From: a bacterium
GTDB taxonomy: Bacteria > Verrucomicrobiota > Verrucomicrobiia > Limisphaerales > UBA11358
DNA: 64,000 bases
Direction: 5' to 3'
NCBI GenBank assembly: GCA_021780375.1
Contig: JAJXYT010000127.1
Location: forward strand, 9,524-73,523
The notes beneath the pieces were generated by a model, which saw only the letters and a program-made list of their open reading frames with translations, was not told the origin of the DNA and ran no database searches. Below, in pieces: positions 43,255-52,109 of the stretch; within the stretch, counting starts at the first letter, position 1, and every line of letters starts with the position of its first letter. Made by a program: the position numbers and the translations under genes.

Positions 43255-44610
43255 TTACGCCGCGTGTTTGTGGATCAAGTACGCCTTGAACTCTTCATAA
43301 TCCGCGCCCATCCGGTCGAAATCCTCCGGCATTTTGATGGCGGCTGCCATCGCCCGCGGAACGTCCGGAGGCCAGCCGACAACTTTTTCGACTTCTGCCG
43401 GGAACTTCGCCGGGTTGGCGGTTTCGATAATCACGGCAGGCGTGTCGCCAGGCGACTCGACGGCGAGCCAGTCGAGAAAGCCCTGCCACGCCACCGCCCC
43501 GTGTGGCTCCAGCAACAATTGATATCGGGTCCAGAAATCCCGGATCGCCGTACGCGTCCGGTCGTCGGAAACCGAACTGGAAAACAAATCCCGGCGCATC
43601 GCGGCAAGGTCCGGCTGCCGGTGGAGCCTGCCGGTCTCATCCATCTGCCCGCCGTAAATCGCCACGAGCCGCGCCAGGTTGCTCGGATGGCCGACGTTCA
43701 TCGCGTTCGAGAGCGAGTTGCGCGAGGGCACGACTTTTTCGTAATGGCCGCTGGCAAGGAAACGCGGGAAGGCATCGTTGTCATTCACCGGCACCATCAG
43801 CTTTTTCACCGGCAAACCCATCTCCCGCGCGAACACGGCACCCATCGCGTCGCCAAAATTGCCGCTGGGAATGGAAAAGACCATCGGTTCGCCGGGTTTC
43901 GCCAGCCGGGAAGCGGCGTAAAAATAATAAACGCTCTGCGGCAGGAGCCGGCCAATGTTGATGGAATTGGCGGACGACAGCGGAAGGTGCTTCAACTCCG
44001 GATCGGCAAAGGCGCGTTTCACCATCGCCTGGCAATCGTCAAATTTTCCATCAATCGCAACCGTGCGGATATTGTTGCGCAGCGTGGTCATTAACTTGCG
44101 CTGGCTGTCGCTGACTTCGGCGATGGGAAACAACACGATGACGCGCACTCCCGGTACTCCGTGAAACGCGTGCGCCACCGCCGAGCCGGTGTCGCCGCTG
44201 GTGGCGGTGAGAATGGTCACCGGCCGGCCGTCCTCACGCAGAAAATGCCCGAACATTCGCGCCATCATTTGTGCGGCGAAATCCTTGAACGAGGCCGTCG
44301 GCCCCTGGTCCAGCCGCATCAGGAAGACGCGGTCGCGAATTTTTTCCAGCGGAATCGGGAACTGGTACGCGTCGCGGCACAGGGCGGCCAAATCATGGTC
44401 GGAGATGATCCCCTCGGTAAATTTTGAGAGGACGCGAAAGGCGATTTCGTGATAGGGCCATTGGGCAAACGCAGCGATTTCGTCCGGCGCCAGTCGCGGA
44501 AATTTCTCCGGCAAATAAAGCCCGCGGTCGGGAGCAAGTCCGGCATGAAATGCCCCGCGCAAATTGACGAGGGGCGCCTGGCCGTTGGTGCTGCGGAAAA
44601 GGAGCGGCAT
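43255..44610 (-). CDS. thrC: Threonine synthase (long form)
   Basis: The PLP lysine motif TASFKDFAAQMMARM is present, with SGNFGDAMG and an overall length of 451 aa. Confidence 0.9.
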   Translation of the reverse strand: MPLLFRSTNGQAPLVNLRGAFHAGLAPDRGLYLPEKFPRLAPDEIAAFAQWPYHEIAFRVLSKFTEGIISDHDLAALCRDAYQFPIPLEKIRDRVFLMRLDQGPTASFKDFAAQMMARMFGHFLREDGRPVTILTATSGDTGSAVAHAFHGVPGVRVIVLFPIAEVSDSQRKLMTTLRNNIRTVAIDGKFDDCQAMVKRAFADPELKHLPLSSANSINIGRLLPQSVYYFYAASRLAKPGEPMVFSIPSGNFGDAMGAVFAREMGLPVKKLMVPVNDNDAFPRFLASGHYEKVVPSRNSLSNAMNVGHPSNLARLVAIYGGQMDETGRLHRQPDLAAMRRDLFSSSVSDDRTRTAIRDFWTRYQLLLEPHGAVAWQGFLDWLAVESPGDTPAVIIETANPAKFPAEVEKVVGWPPDVPRAMAAAIKMPEDFDRMGADYEEFKAYLIHKHAA

Positions 44611-44704
44611 GTCAGAATGCAGAAGACGACGTGAAGAGTCTCATTCTTGCATTTTTAGTCAGAGACTCTTTACCTCGTTTCCATCAGTTTTTGAATGAAT
44701 TCCA

Positions 44705-46072
44705 TCATTCGAAATTTTCCACCCGAATCATCACCGGCTCGCTTTTGACCACGGACAATTTGGCGATTCTGGTCAACGCCTTCATCACTGCGCCGTTGGT
44801 CGCGTAGTGCAGCATGAAAATCAGCGGTACGCTTTCGCCTTCGTGGCCTTCGGGTTGAATCACCGACGAAATGCCGATTTTCGACCGGCCGAAAATGGCC
44901 GCGATTTTTGCCAGCACTCCCGGCCGGTCGGCGACATTCAGACGCACGAAATATTGGGAAACGACGTCCTCGATCGGCACGACGGCGCCGGCGCCCTCGT
45001 GCGGCACAAAGGGCGGCACGCGGTGTTTGGTGCCGAATTTCAGGTCGAGCGCCGCGTCCGCCAGATCGCTTAAGACCGCGCTGGCGGTGGCGTCCTTGCC
45101 CGCGCCGCGCCCATAAAAAAGCGTGTCGCCGACAATGTCACCGCGGACAAAGACGGCATTGAAAACATGATTTACCCCCGCCAAAACATGCGCGTTCGGA
45201 ATCAGGGTCGGATAAACCGAGACCTGCACTCTGCATTTGCGATTTTCGCTTGACGATTTACGCGCCGATGGGCCGGTTGCAGCGTCCGTCGTCAATCGTA
45301 AACCTTCAATCTGTTTGACGATTCCAAGCAGTTTGATCGTGTAACCGAGTTCACCGGCGAATTTGATGTCCATTGCCGAAACCGGGCGGATGCCTTCCAC
45401 GTGAATTTCCCTGGGACGCACCCAGAAACCGTGCGCAAGCGAGGCGAGGATGCCGATCTTGTGCTGGGCATCCCAGCCGTCCACGTCGAGGTCCGGCGGT
45501 GTCTCGGCGTAACCCTGTCTTTGCGCATCCGCCAGCACCGTGGCAAAGCCCGCACCTTCCAATTTCATGCGGGTCAGGATGTAATTGCACGTGCCGTTGA
45601 CGATGCCGTAAAGCGCATGGATGCGGTTGCCGACGAAACCTTCGCGCAATGATTTGATGATGGGAATGCCACCGCAAACGCTGGCCTCGTAATAGAGATT
45701 GGTGCCGTATTTTTTGGCGGCGGCGAAAAGCTGCTCGCCATGCGCCGAAAGCAACGCCTTGTTTGCCGTGATGACCGGCTTGCCGAGTTGGAGCGCGGTA
45801 AGAATCATCGTCCGGGCGAGAGTCGTGCCGCCGACGAGTTCAGCGATGAGGTGGATGTCCGGATCATGCACCACGCTTTGCCAGTCGGTGGTCATCACGG
45901 CGCGGGGAATTTCGTAAGGGCGCGGTTCGTCAAACGCCTTGACCGCGATTTTGCGGACGGCGACCTTGACGCCGATGCGCGAGGCCATGAGCCCGCCGTT
46001 GAGCTGAAGCGCGTGAAACACGCCGCTGCCCACGGTGCCACCGCCAATCATTCCCAGGTTCACCTGCTGCAT
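44705..46072 (-). CDS. hom: Homoserine dehydrogenase with C-terminal ACT domain
   Basis: Supported by LGMIGGGTVGSGV (Rossmann motif), NKALLAHG-like ITANKALLSAHGEQL, and the C-terminal ACT region YFVRLNVADRPGVLAKIAAIFG. Start is set at ATG 46072. Confidence 0.9.
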   Translation of the reverse strand: MQQVNLGMIGGGTVGSGVFHALQLNGGLMASRIGVKVAVRKIAVKAFDEPRPYEIPRAVMTTDWQSVVHDPDIHLIAELVGGTTLARTMILTALQLGKPVITANKALLSAHGEQLFAAAKKYGTNLYYEASVCGGIPIIKSLREGFVGNRIHALYGIVNGTCNYILTRMKLEGAGFATVLADAQRQGYAETPPDLDVDGWDAQHKIGILASLAHGFWVRPREIHVEGIRPVSAMDIKFAGELGYTIKLLGIVKQIEGLRLTTDAATGPSARKSSSENRKCRVQVSVYPTLIPNAHVLAGVNHVFNAVFVRGDIVGDTLFYGRGAGKDATASAVLSDLADAALDLKFGTKHRVPPFVPHEGAGAVVPIEDVVSQYFVRLNVADRPGVLAKIAAIFGRSKIGISSVIQPEGHEGESVPLIFMLHYATNGAVMKALTRIAKLSVVKSEPVMIRVENFE

Positions 46073-46168
46073 CGGAGCGCACAGCTTGCCGTGAAAGGTA
46101 TCGGGGAACAATCCATTTTTGAAGACGGCCGTCCCCAACGGCCGGTTTGCAGCCGAAACGCAACGGCC

Positions 46169-48025
46169 TCAAATGTCGTAATCACCGATGTCTTTGAGCA
46201 CTCCGGTATCGCTGTCCAGCGGACGGCCGTAAAACAGCCGGACATCGGCTTTCTGCGGCAGCAGTTCCCGGGCGCGCACCAGTGCCCGCTTGGTGGCAAT
46301 CGTTGGATTGATTTCAGCCGGAAAAATATTTTCTTCGCCGATTTGTTTCAACAGACCGCTGTTGCGCAGAACGCGGGTGACATCGGGACTGCTGCCGCTG
46401 ATCAGCAGACGACGGCCCGTCTTGCGCAGGTAATCGTGGAGCGATTCCAGCGCCATGACGGTGCTGGCATCGAGATGCCGCGCATTTTTCATGCGGAGTA
46501 TGAAAACGCGGATGTTTTCGTCCTCGGCCTGCCGACGAATCTGGTTTTGGAACAGGTCCGCCGCGCCGAAAAACAGCTCGCCTTCGACGTGAATGATGGA
46601 AATCTGGGGATTGGGACGCTGGCTTCGGTCGCGCAACTCGGCCAGTTGGCCGCTTTCGTTGAACGTATATTCCACAAGAGTTGGCGTGCTGGTTTTTTGC
46701 AGAAACAACGCCAGGGCCACGCCAATGCCCGCGTAAATGGCGACGTCGAGCTTTAGAAAAAGCGCTGCCCCCAATGTCGCAAAAAACACGACGGCGTCCG
46801 AGCGGGTAGAACGGGTCGAGACGCGGATTTGCGAGCGGTTGATGAGCTTGTACCCCACCCGGATCAGATGGGCGGCCAGCGCGGGCACCGGGATGTAATT
46901 GAACACCGGGGTCAGGAACAAAATGATGAGCAGCACCGCGCCGCTGCTCAACATGGATGACAGTTGCGTTACTGCGCCGCTCTGGAGGTTCACCGCCGAG
47001 CGCGTGAAGGAGGACGACGCCGGCGGCAAACCGAACAAGCCCACCGCCAAGTTGCCCGCGCCCATGCCCATCAACTCCTGGTTGGGGTCCAAATGCTGGC
47101 CGCTCCGCGCGGCGAGCGATTTGGTAATGGCGGTGGCTTCCAACATGCCGATGATGGCGATGGCGATGGCACTGCCGGCGGTTTCGTGCAAGATGTCCAA
47201 TTGTTTACCCAACGGCGGCAGCGGGCTGAATTGGGGCAAGCTGGCGGTGATCTTGACCAGATCAAACGGCAACGCCGGGTGAAAATAGGCAAAAACACGG
47301 GCGGCAATCGCCAACGATCCCAGCCCGATCAACGGCTCCGGCCACGTCGGCCGCAAAAATTTGATTCCCTCGAAAATAACCAGCGTCAGGACGGCAATGC
47401 CAATGGCCCACCACGAAAAACTCCCGCCGCCGAGCGCCTCGCCCACCTGGCGCAAGGTGTCCCGGAACGGTTCGCCCGGCTGGATCGCGAAACCCATGCC
47501 ATTCCCCAATTGACTGGCCATCAGCAGGACGCCGATCGCCGTGGTGTAGCCCACCACCACCGAGCGGGAGATGAATTTGGTCACCTCGCCGAAATTGAAC
47601 ATCCCGGCGATAAATTGCATCACACCAATCATCAGGGCCAGATAGGCGGCCAGTTGCAGCGGACTCAAACCCAAGCGCGACATCAGGCTGGCGTTGGCCG
47701 CCAAGGTCGCCGCCGTGATCAGGAAGACCGACGTTGTCGGTCCGAAGACGTGATGGTAGGAAGAGAAGAACAAGGCGCTGAAAAATCCTCCCACCACCAC
47801 CGCCAAGATCACCGGCATGGCCGGCAGGCCTAGAATCAGCGCGAATCCAATCGCCTGTGGGATGGAAACCAACGTCAGGGTGGCGCCGGCAATCAGGTCA
47901 TGGCGGAACTTGTCCCAGGAATAACGCCGCAGTTCGTTGACGAACGGAAAACGAATCCGGGGCGGAGACAATTGCCAGCCGCCCACGCCGATTCCCGCCT
48001 TGGAAAAAAAGCTCATCGAGAACAA
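46169..48025 (-). CDS. SulP-family anion transporter with C-terminal STAS domain
   Basis: A polytopic membrane core (DLIAGATLTLVSIPQAIGFA...) is followed by a STAS-like tail (ISIIHVEGELFFGAADLF...ILRMKNARHLDASTVMALE). Confidence 0.9.
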   Translation of the reverse strand: MFSMSFFSKAGIGVGGWQLSPPRIRFPFVNELRRYSWDKFRHDLIAGATLTLVSIPQAIGFALILGLPAMPVILAVVVGGFFSALFFSSYHHVFGPTTSVFLITAATLAANASLMSRLGLSPLQLAAYLALMIGVMQFIAGMFNFGEVTKFISRSVVVGYTTAIGVLLMASQLGNGMGFAIQPGEPFRDTLRQVGEALGGGSFSWWAIGIAVLTLVIFEGIKFLRPTWPEPLIGLGSLAIAARVFAYFHPALPFDLVKITASLPQFSPLPPLGKQLDILHETAGSAIAIAIIGMLEATAITKSLAARSGQHLDPNQELMGMGAGNLAVGLFGLPPASSSFTRSAVNLQSGAVTQLSSMLSSGAVLLIILFLTPVFNYIPVPALAAHLIRVGYKLINRSQIRVSTRSTRSDAVVFFATLGAALFLKLDVAIYAGIGVALALFLQKTSTPTLVEYTFNESGQLAELRDRSQRPNPQISIIHVEGELFFGAADLFQNQIRRQAEDENIRVFILRMKNARHLDASTVMALESLHDYLRKTGRRLLISGSSPDVTRVLRNSGLLKQIGEENIFPAEINPTIATKRALVRARELLPQKADVRLFYGRPLDSDTGVLKDIGDYDI

Positions 48026-48177
48026 CCTTGCGGAAGCGCGCTAAAACCACCCGCCCGTTCCCCAGCGAAGCCGATTTGAGACCGTTGCTTGAACACGCTA
48101 TCAGCTTAAACCGTGGCCCTGCGAAATCAACGCGAACTTGTTGCCTTGGGACCCTGTCCCGCCACCATGAGTCCGTC

Positions 48178-48726
48178 CTACCAGTTCACCGGCACGGTCA
48201 TTTTTTTGCCGAAACGATTGTGGTAGTGTAACTGGCGATGCTTCCGGCCGTATTCATGCACGAGCTTCGTCAACTTCACGTCATAGCAGCAATACTCCGC
48301 TATTTCCGCGAGCTTGCCGTCCCTGAACCAGCGGATGGCCTGCATGCCCTCCGCCGTTTTTTCCACGCCGAACGTCGCCGTCGCAATCGAGTCGAGCGAG
48401 AGCCGGTGCTGCAGTTTGTTCTGCAGCTCCACCATCAGGTCCAGCGTGGGCAACTGGCGTAAATCGAACGTCGTATAACCATGCAGCACCTCATAATCGA
48501 ACCGCAAAATGTTGAAACCCACCACCAGGTCGGCACGCTGTAAATCCACGATCAGCTCGTTCACCTGTTTCTCGCCATAAATCTTGTAATCACCGCGACC
48601 GGTGCCGAAAGTCACGCCAATGCTCATGCCCATTTTGGAAATGTGGTTCCAGCCGCCCACTTCCTCGGCGGATTTCTGTGTTTCCAGGTCGAAATAGAGG
48701 ATGTTCTTTGCCACGGTTTTAATCAT
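48178..48726 (-). CDS. RNase H-like / DEDD 3'-5' exonuclease-fold protein
   Basis: ILYFDLETQ is Exo I-like, VGFNILRFDYEVL is Exo II-like, and EYCCYDVKLT is Exo III-like. Start is set at ATG 48726, directly abutting a REP-like hairpin, so it is uncertain. Confidence 0.6.
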   Translation of the reverse strand: MIKTVAKNILYFDLETQKSAEEVGGWNHISKMGMSIGVTFGTGRGDYKIYGEKQVNELIVDLQRADLVVGFNILRFDYEVLHGYTTFDLRQLPTLDLMVELQNKLQHRLSLDSIATATFGVEKTAEGMQAIRWFRDGKLAEIAEYCCYDVKLTKLVHEYGRKHRQLHYHNRFGKKMTVPVNW

Positions 48727-48728
48727 TA

Positions 48729-48753
48729 GTAGCAGCGGACGTGAGTCCGCTCC
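48729..48753 (-). repeat. REP-like hairpin, type 1 (GGAGCGGAC-TCAC-GTCCGCT-GCTAC on the minus strand)
   Basis: The plus strand reads GTAGCAGCGGACGTGAGTCCGCTCC. The core is identical to the copies at 50857 and 51279. Confidence 0.75.
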
Positions 48754-48830
48754 ATTCAAAATTGAACCTGTTACACCCGTCACTCCAATTTTAGACTTTG
48801 AACTTTGAGCCTTGGATTTATATTCCGCCC

Positions 48831-49406
48831 ATGGCACTGACACCTTCAACCATGCTGCCGCTCGGCACGACGGCGCCCGATTTCAGGTTGCCGGACACCG
48901 ATGGCAACTTCGTTTCGCCGGCGGATTTCAAAGACAAATCCGCATTGCTGGTTTTGTTCATCTGCAACCATTGCCCTTACGTCAAGCACATCCGCACCGG
49001 CCTGGCGCAACTGGCGCGCGACTATCAGCCGAAGCAGGTTGCCGTCGTCGGTATCAACGCCAACGACGTGGCGAATTATCCCGAAGACAGCCCGGCCCGG
49101 ATGAAGGAGGAAGTCAAATCCGCGGGCTGCACTTTCCCGTACCTTTACGACGAATCACAGGCCGTCGCCAAAGCCTACCGCGCCGCCTGCACCCCGGACA
49201 TCTATCTCTTCGACAAGAACCACAAGCTCGTTTATCGCGGCCAATTCGACGACAGCCGTCCGGGTAATGGGATTCCCGTGACTGGAAAGGATTTGCGCGC
49301 CGCGCTCGACGCGGTGCTCACCGGCAAGCCCGTTCCGGCAAACCAAAAGGCCAGCATCGGCTGCAACATCAAGTGGAAATCGGGCAACGAGCCGGACTAT
49401 TTTTAG
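48831..49406 (+). CDS. Thioredoxin-fold (AhpC/TSA/redoxin-like) protein
   Basis: Supported by APDFRLPDTDGNFVSPADFKDKSALLVLFICNHCPYV, with a CxxC-type motif in thioredoxin-fold context. Start is set at ATG 48831. Confidence 0.8.
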   Translation: MALTPSTMLPLGTTAPDFRLPDTDGNFVSPADFKDKSALLVLFICNHCPYVKHIRTGLAQLARDYQPKQVAVVGINANDVANYPEDSPARMKEEVKSAGCTFPYLYDESQAVAKAYRAACTPDIYLFDKNHKLVYRGQFDDSRPGNGIPVTGKDLRAALDAVLTGKPVPANQKASIGCNIKWKSGNEPDYF

Positions 49407-49407
49407 A

Positions 49408-49470
49408 CACGGATTGCACGGATTTTCACAGATTGAAAAACAGGAAACCATTCCGTGCTAATCTGTGAAA
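49408..49470. repeat. Intergenic palindromic element built from CACGGAT/CACAGAT words (bidirectional terminator-like)
   Basis: CACGGATT occurs twice (49408 and 49417). It is followed by an 11-bp stem, TTTCACAGATT (49424-49434) / AATCTGTGAAA (49460-49470). The element lies between two convergent genes. Confidence 0.6.
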
Positions 49471-49478
49471 TTCGCGTC

Positions 49479-50045
49479 TCATTTTCGGGGCAGTTTTGCT
49501 TCCACCATTTCGCAAAGCGCGTGCATAAGCAGCTTGTGGCCTTCCTGAATGCGCGCCGTTTTGTCGCCCGGCACCAGTAAATCCAGCGTGGCCACCCCTT
49601 TCGTAAACCCGCCATCGCGACCCAGGAAACAAATGCTTTCAACGCCCTTGCGTTTGGCCTCTTCGAGCGCCCGCAACACATTGCTGGACTTGCCGCTGGT
49701 CGTTAACGCAATCAACACGTCACCTTTCTCCGCCAGCCCGCGAATCTGGCGCGCAAACATTTCGTCAACACTGTAATCGTTGCAGACGGCGGTCAGGAAC
49801 CCGCCGTCGGCGGTGAGCGAAATGGCCGGATACGGCCGGCGGTCTTCCACAAAACGGCAGAGAAATTCCGAGGCCAGATGCGTGGCGTCCGACGCGCTGC
49901 CGCCGTTGCCGCAGGTGAACACCTTGTGGCCGGAGGTCAGGCAGCGCAAAACCATCTGCGCGGCGCGATTCAGCGGTTCTTCCAAATCCGCCAATCCACG
50001 GCAGGTCTTGACGGAATCTTCAATCGCCCGTTCCAAGAGAGTCAT
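49479..50045 (-). CDS. gmhA: D-sedoheptulose-7-phosphate isomerase (SIS domain)
   Basis: Supported by FTCGNGGSASDATHLASEF and ALTTSGKSSNV, with a length of 188 aa. Confidence 0.9.
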   Translation of the reverse strand: MTLLERAIEDSVKTCRGLADLEEPLNRAAQMVLRCLTSGHKVFTCGNGGSASDATHLASEFLCRFVEDRRPYPAISLTADGGFLTAVCNDYSVDEMFARQIRGLAEKGDVLIALTTSGKSSNVLRALEEAKRKGVESICFLGRDGGFTKGVATLDLLVPGDKTARIQEGHKLLMHALCEMVEAKLPRK

Positions 50046-50103
50046 GCGGAAAGACTAATTGTTGGCCATTGAAAGAAAAAGCGAAATGAGGTAGGGCCTG
50101 GGC

Positions 50104-50852
50104 ATGGCCTCCCGCGCAAACATTCGGCCTTCACCCTGATTGAGCTTCTGACTGTCGTCGCCATCATCGGAATTCTGGCGGCGCTTTTGCTGGCGGTAAT
50201 TTCTCATGCAAAGGGAAGAGCACAAAGAGTTCAATGCGCGAACAACTTGCGTCAACAGGGTATAGCGGTGCATGTTTTCCTCGCAGATAACCATGGTTAT
50301 CCTATGGTTTATGCAAATAAAAATGACGGCTATCCCGACCACGATAGAAGCTGGATTGCCCAACTGGAACAAGTAGGATTTGGAATTTCTCAACCTAAAA
50401 CAAATTATTTTAAAAACGAAATTTGGCTGTGCCCTTCAGCTCAATGGACATCTAATGTTTTGGGGTCTCCGCCTTGTTGCTACGGCTACAACTGTGGCAG
50501 CGTTGATCAAAACGACTCTAATTATACCAATTGGCTTGGTCTTGGAGGTCGGTACAGCCGGACTTCGCACACTTTTATCCCAATCTCTGAATCAGAAGTG
50601 GTGGCGCCAAGTGATATGATGGCAATAGGAGATAGTTTTAATGGAACGATCATTCTGTCGCGTGTAGATGTGATCGAAAATGAGAAATACGGGAACATCC
50701 TTACCCGCCATCAAGGCCGCGCCAACGTGGTATTTTGTGACGGTCATGTCGAATCACCGACGCTGCAATTTCTTTTCCAAGACACCAGTGACGCCGCTTT
50801 GAGCCGCTGGAACCGCGACCATCAGCCGCACCGCGAAAAATTATCACCGTGA
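50104..50852 (+). pseudogene. Prepilin-type (DUF1559-like) gene with a 1-nt frameshift inside the signal sequence
   Basis: ATG 50104 gives [11 protein letters not shown] then a stop. The next frame continues from 50130 as [28 protein letters not shown]...[15 protein letters not shown]. That frame has no ATG, GTG or TTG start between its upstream stop (50070) and the FTLIELL motif. Confidence 0.6.
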
Positions 50853-50856
50853 TCTT

Positions 50857-50932
50857 GTTGCAGCGGACGTGAGTCCGCTCCAATTTCCCCTTCCTTAAAA
50901 TGAGTTTTGAGCCAACTCACGTTGGCTGCTAC
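50857..50932. repeat. Inverted doublet of REP-like hairpins (type 1 reversed + type 2 forward)
   Basis: GTTGCAGCGGACGTGAGTCCGCTCC (50857-50881) is followed by a 27-nt spacer and then GAGCCAACTCACGTTGGCTGCTAC (50909-50932). Confidence 0.75.
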
Positions 50933-50996
50933 GAGCCGGAAGGAACGTCAATTGGGATTCACTTGAGATTTCTGCGGGGCCAGTTACCTTTGGTGC

Positions 50997-51224
50997 ATGC
51001 CGATTTACGAATTTCATTGCGAAAAATGCGAACACGACAGCGAAATCCTCGTCCGTTCCAGCGATTGGAAAGGGACCGAGTGCCCGCATTGCGGCTCAAC
51101 CAAATTGTCCAAGAAGCTTTCGGTCTTCGCTTCCGCCGGTGGTGATGGCCATTCCGCGCCAGCCTCTGCTGGCAGAGGCCATGGCGGCGGACATTGCTGC
51201 GGTGGCGGATGCAGTTGCCATTGA
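50997..51224 (+). CDS. FmdB-family CxxC-CxxC zinc-ribbon protein with a Gly/Cys/His-rich tail
   Basis: MPIYEFHCEKCEHDSEILV...CPHCGSTKLSKKLS matches the family. The tail is GHGGGHCCGGGCSCH. Confidence 0.8.
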   Translation: MPIYEFHCEKCEHDSEILVRSSDWKGTECPHCGSTKLSKKLSVFASAGGDGHSAPASAGRGHGGGHCCGGGCSCH

Positions 51225-51230
51225 AGCCTT

Positions 51231-51303
51231 GTTGCAGCAGCCGACGTGAGCCGGCTCTGACCTCTCGAAAGAAAAAATGGAGCGGACTCACGTCCGCTGC
51301 TAC
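51231..51303. repeat. Inverted doublet of REP-like hairpins (type 2' reversed + type 1 forward)
   Basis: GTTGCAGCAGCCGACGTGAGCCGGCTC (51231-51257) is followed by a 21-nt spacer and then GGAGCGGACTCACGTCCGCTGCTAC (51279-51303). Confidence 0.75.
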
Positions 51304-51980
51304 GATTTACAAACGTCCCGCGCGTTCACCCGCGTCAAATCTTCCACCGCCCAATCGGGCTCGTGCTTCCTTAATTGATCCAGTTTGGCGCCGCCGGTGG
51401 CCACGGCCAGCGTTTTCGCGCCAATGAACCGTCCGCACCGGATGTCATGCGGCGTGTCGCCTACCACGACGATTTCCTCGCCGCGCAGTGGCCGGCCCAG
51501 CACGCGGCTCCCGCGTTCGAGCGCCGCGACGGCGATTTGGTTGCGGTCTTCGCTGTCATCGGCAAAGCCACCGGTCTCGAAAACATCCCAAAGATGGTAA
51601 CGGCGCAATTTGATTTCCGCGCCCAGCCGGATGTTGCCGGTGAGCAAACCCAGCCTCGGCGGATTCGGCAGGGCGAGCAGGCCGTCAATGAACTCCAACA
51701 CACCCCGGCAGGCGCCGCCGTTGCTTTGGGCAACGGTTTGGTCCAGCCAGAAAACGTAATTTTCGAAGAAGCGCTGGAAATTTTCCGGCGTCGCCGCAAT
51801 CCGGTGCAGCCCGAAGAATTCGCGCACGAGATTCACATCCGTGCGGCCGGCAAAACTGATTTTTTCAACGCCGTCGAGGGCGTTGAATTCGGTCGCAAAC
51901 GTCCTGGCAAATGCCTTGATACCCGCCCCACCGGTGTGAACGAGCGTGCCGTCAATGTCGAATAATACCAGCCGCACCAT
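51300..51980 (-). CDS. HAD-superfamily hydrolase (phosphoglycolate phosphatase-like)
   Basis: Supported by LFDIDGTLVHTGGAG (motif I), LLTGN (motif II) and VVVGDTPHDIRCG (motif IV). Confidence 0.85.
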   Translation of the reverse strand: MVRLVLFDIDGTLVHTGGAGIKAFARTFATEFNALDGVEKISFAGRTDVNLVREFFGLHRIAATPENFQRFFENYVFWLDQTVAQSNGGACRGVLEFIDGLLALPNPPRLGLLTGNIRLGAEIKLRRYHLWDVFETGGFADDSEDRNQIAVAALERGSRVLGRPLRGEEIVVVGDTPHDIRCGRFIGAKTLAVATGGAKLDQLRKHEPDWAVEDLTRVNARDVCKS

Positions 51981-52109
51981 GCGAAGAGGTTAACCGTTGT
52001 CGGGCAGACAGGCAATGCAGCGGTATCAACGGTGAATAAGTTTCTCTGGACATTTTTCTAATATTTGTTTTATCGGACTTATTCATCCAGGGGTGTTGGA
52101 CGATAAACC

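Noticed and set aside
44611-44704. 9-bp inverted repeat AAGAGTCTC…GAGACTCTT between hom and thrC as a terminator
   Set aside because: The loop is ~19 nt and no U-run follows on the minus strand. It may be an intercistronic structure, but the evidence is too weak to call.
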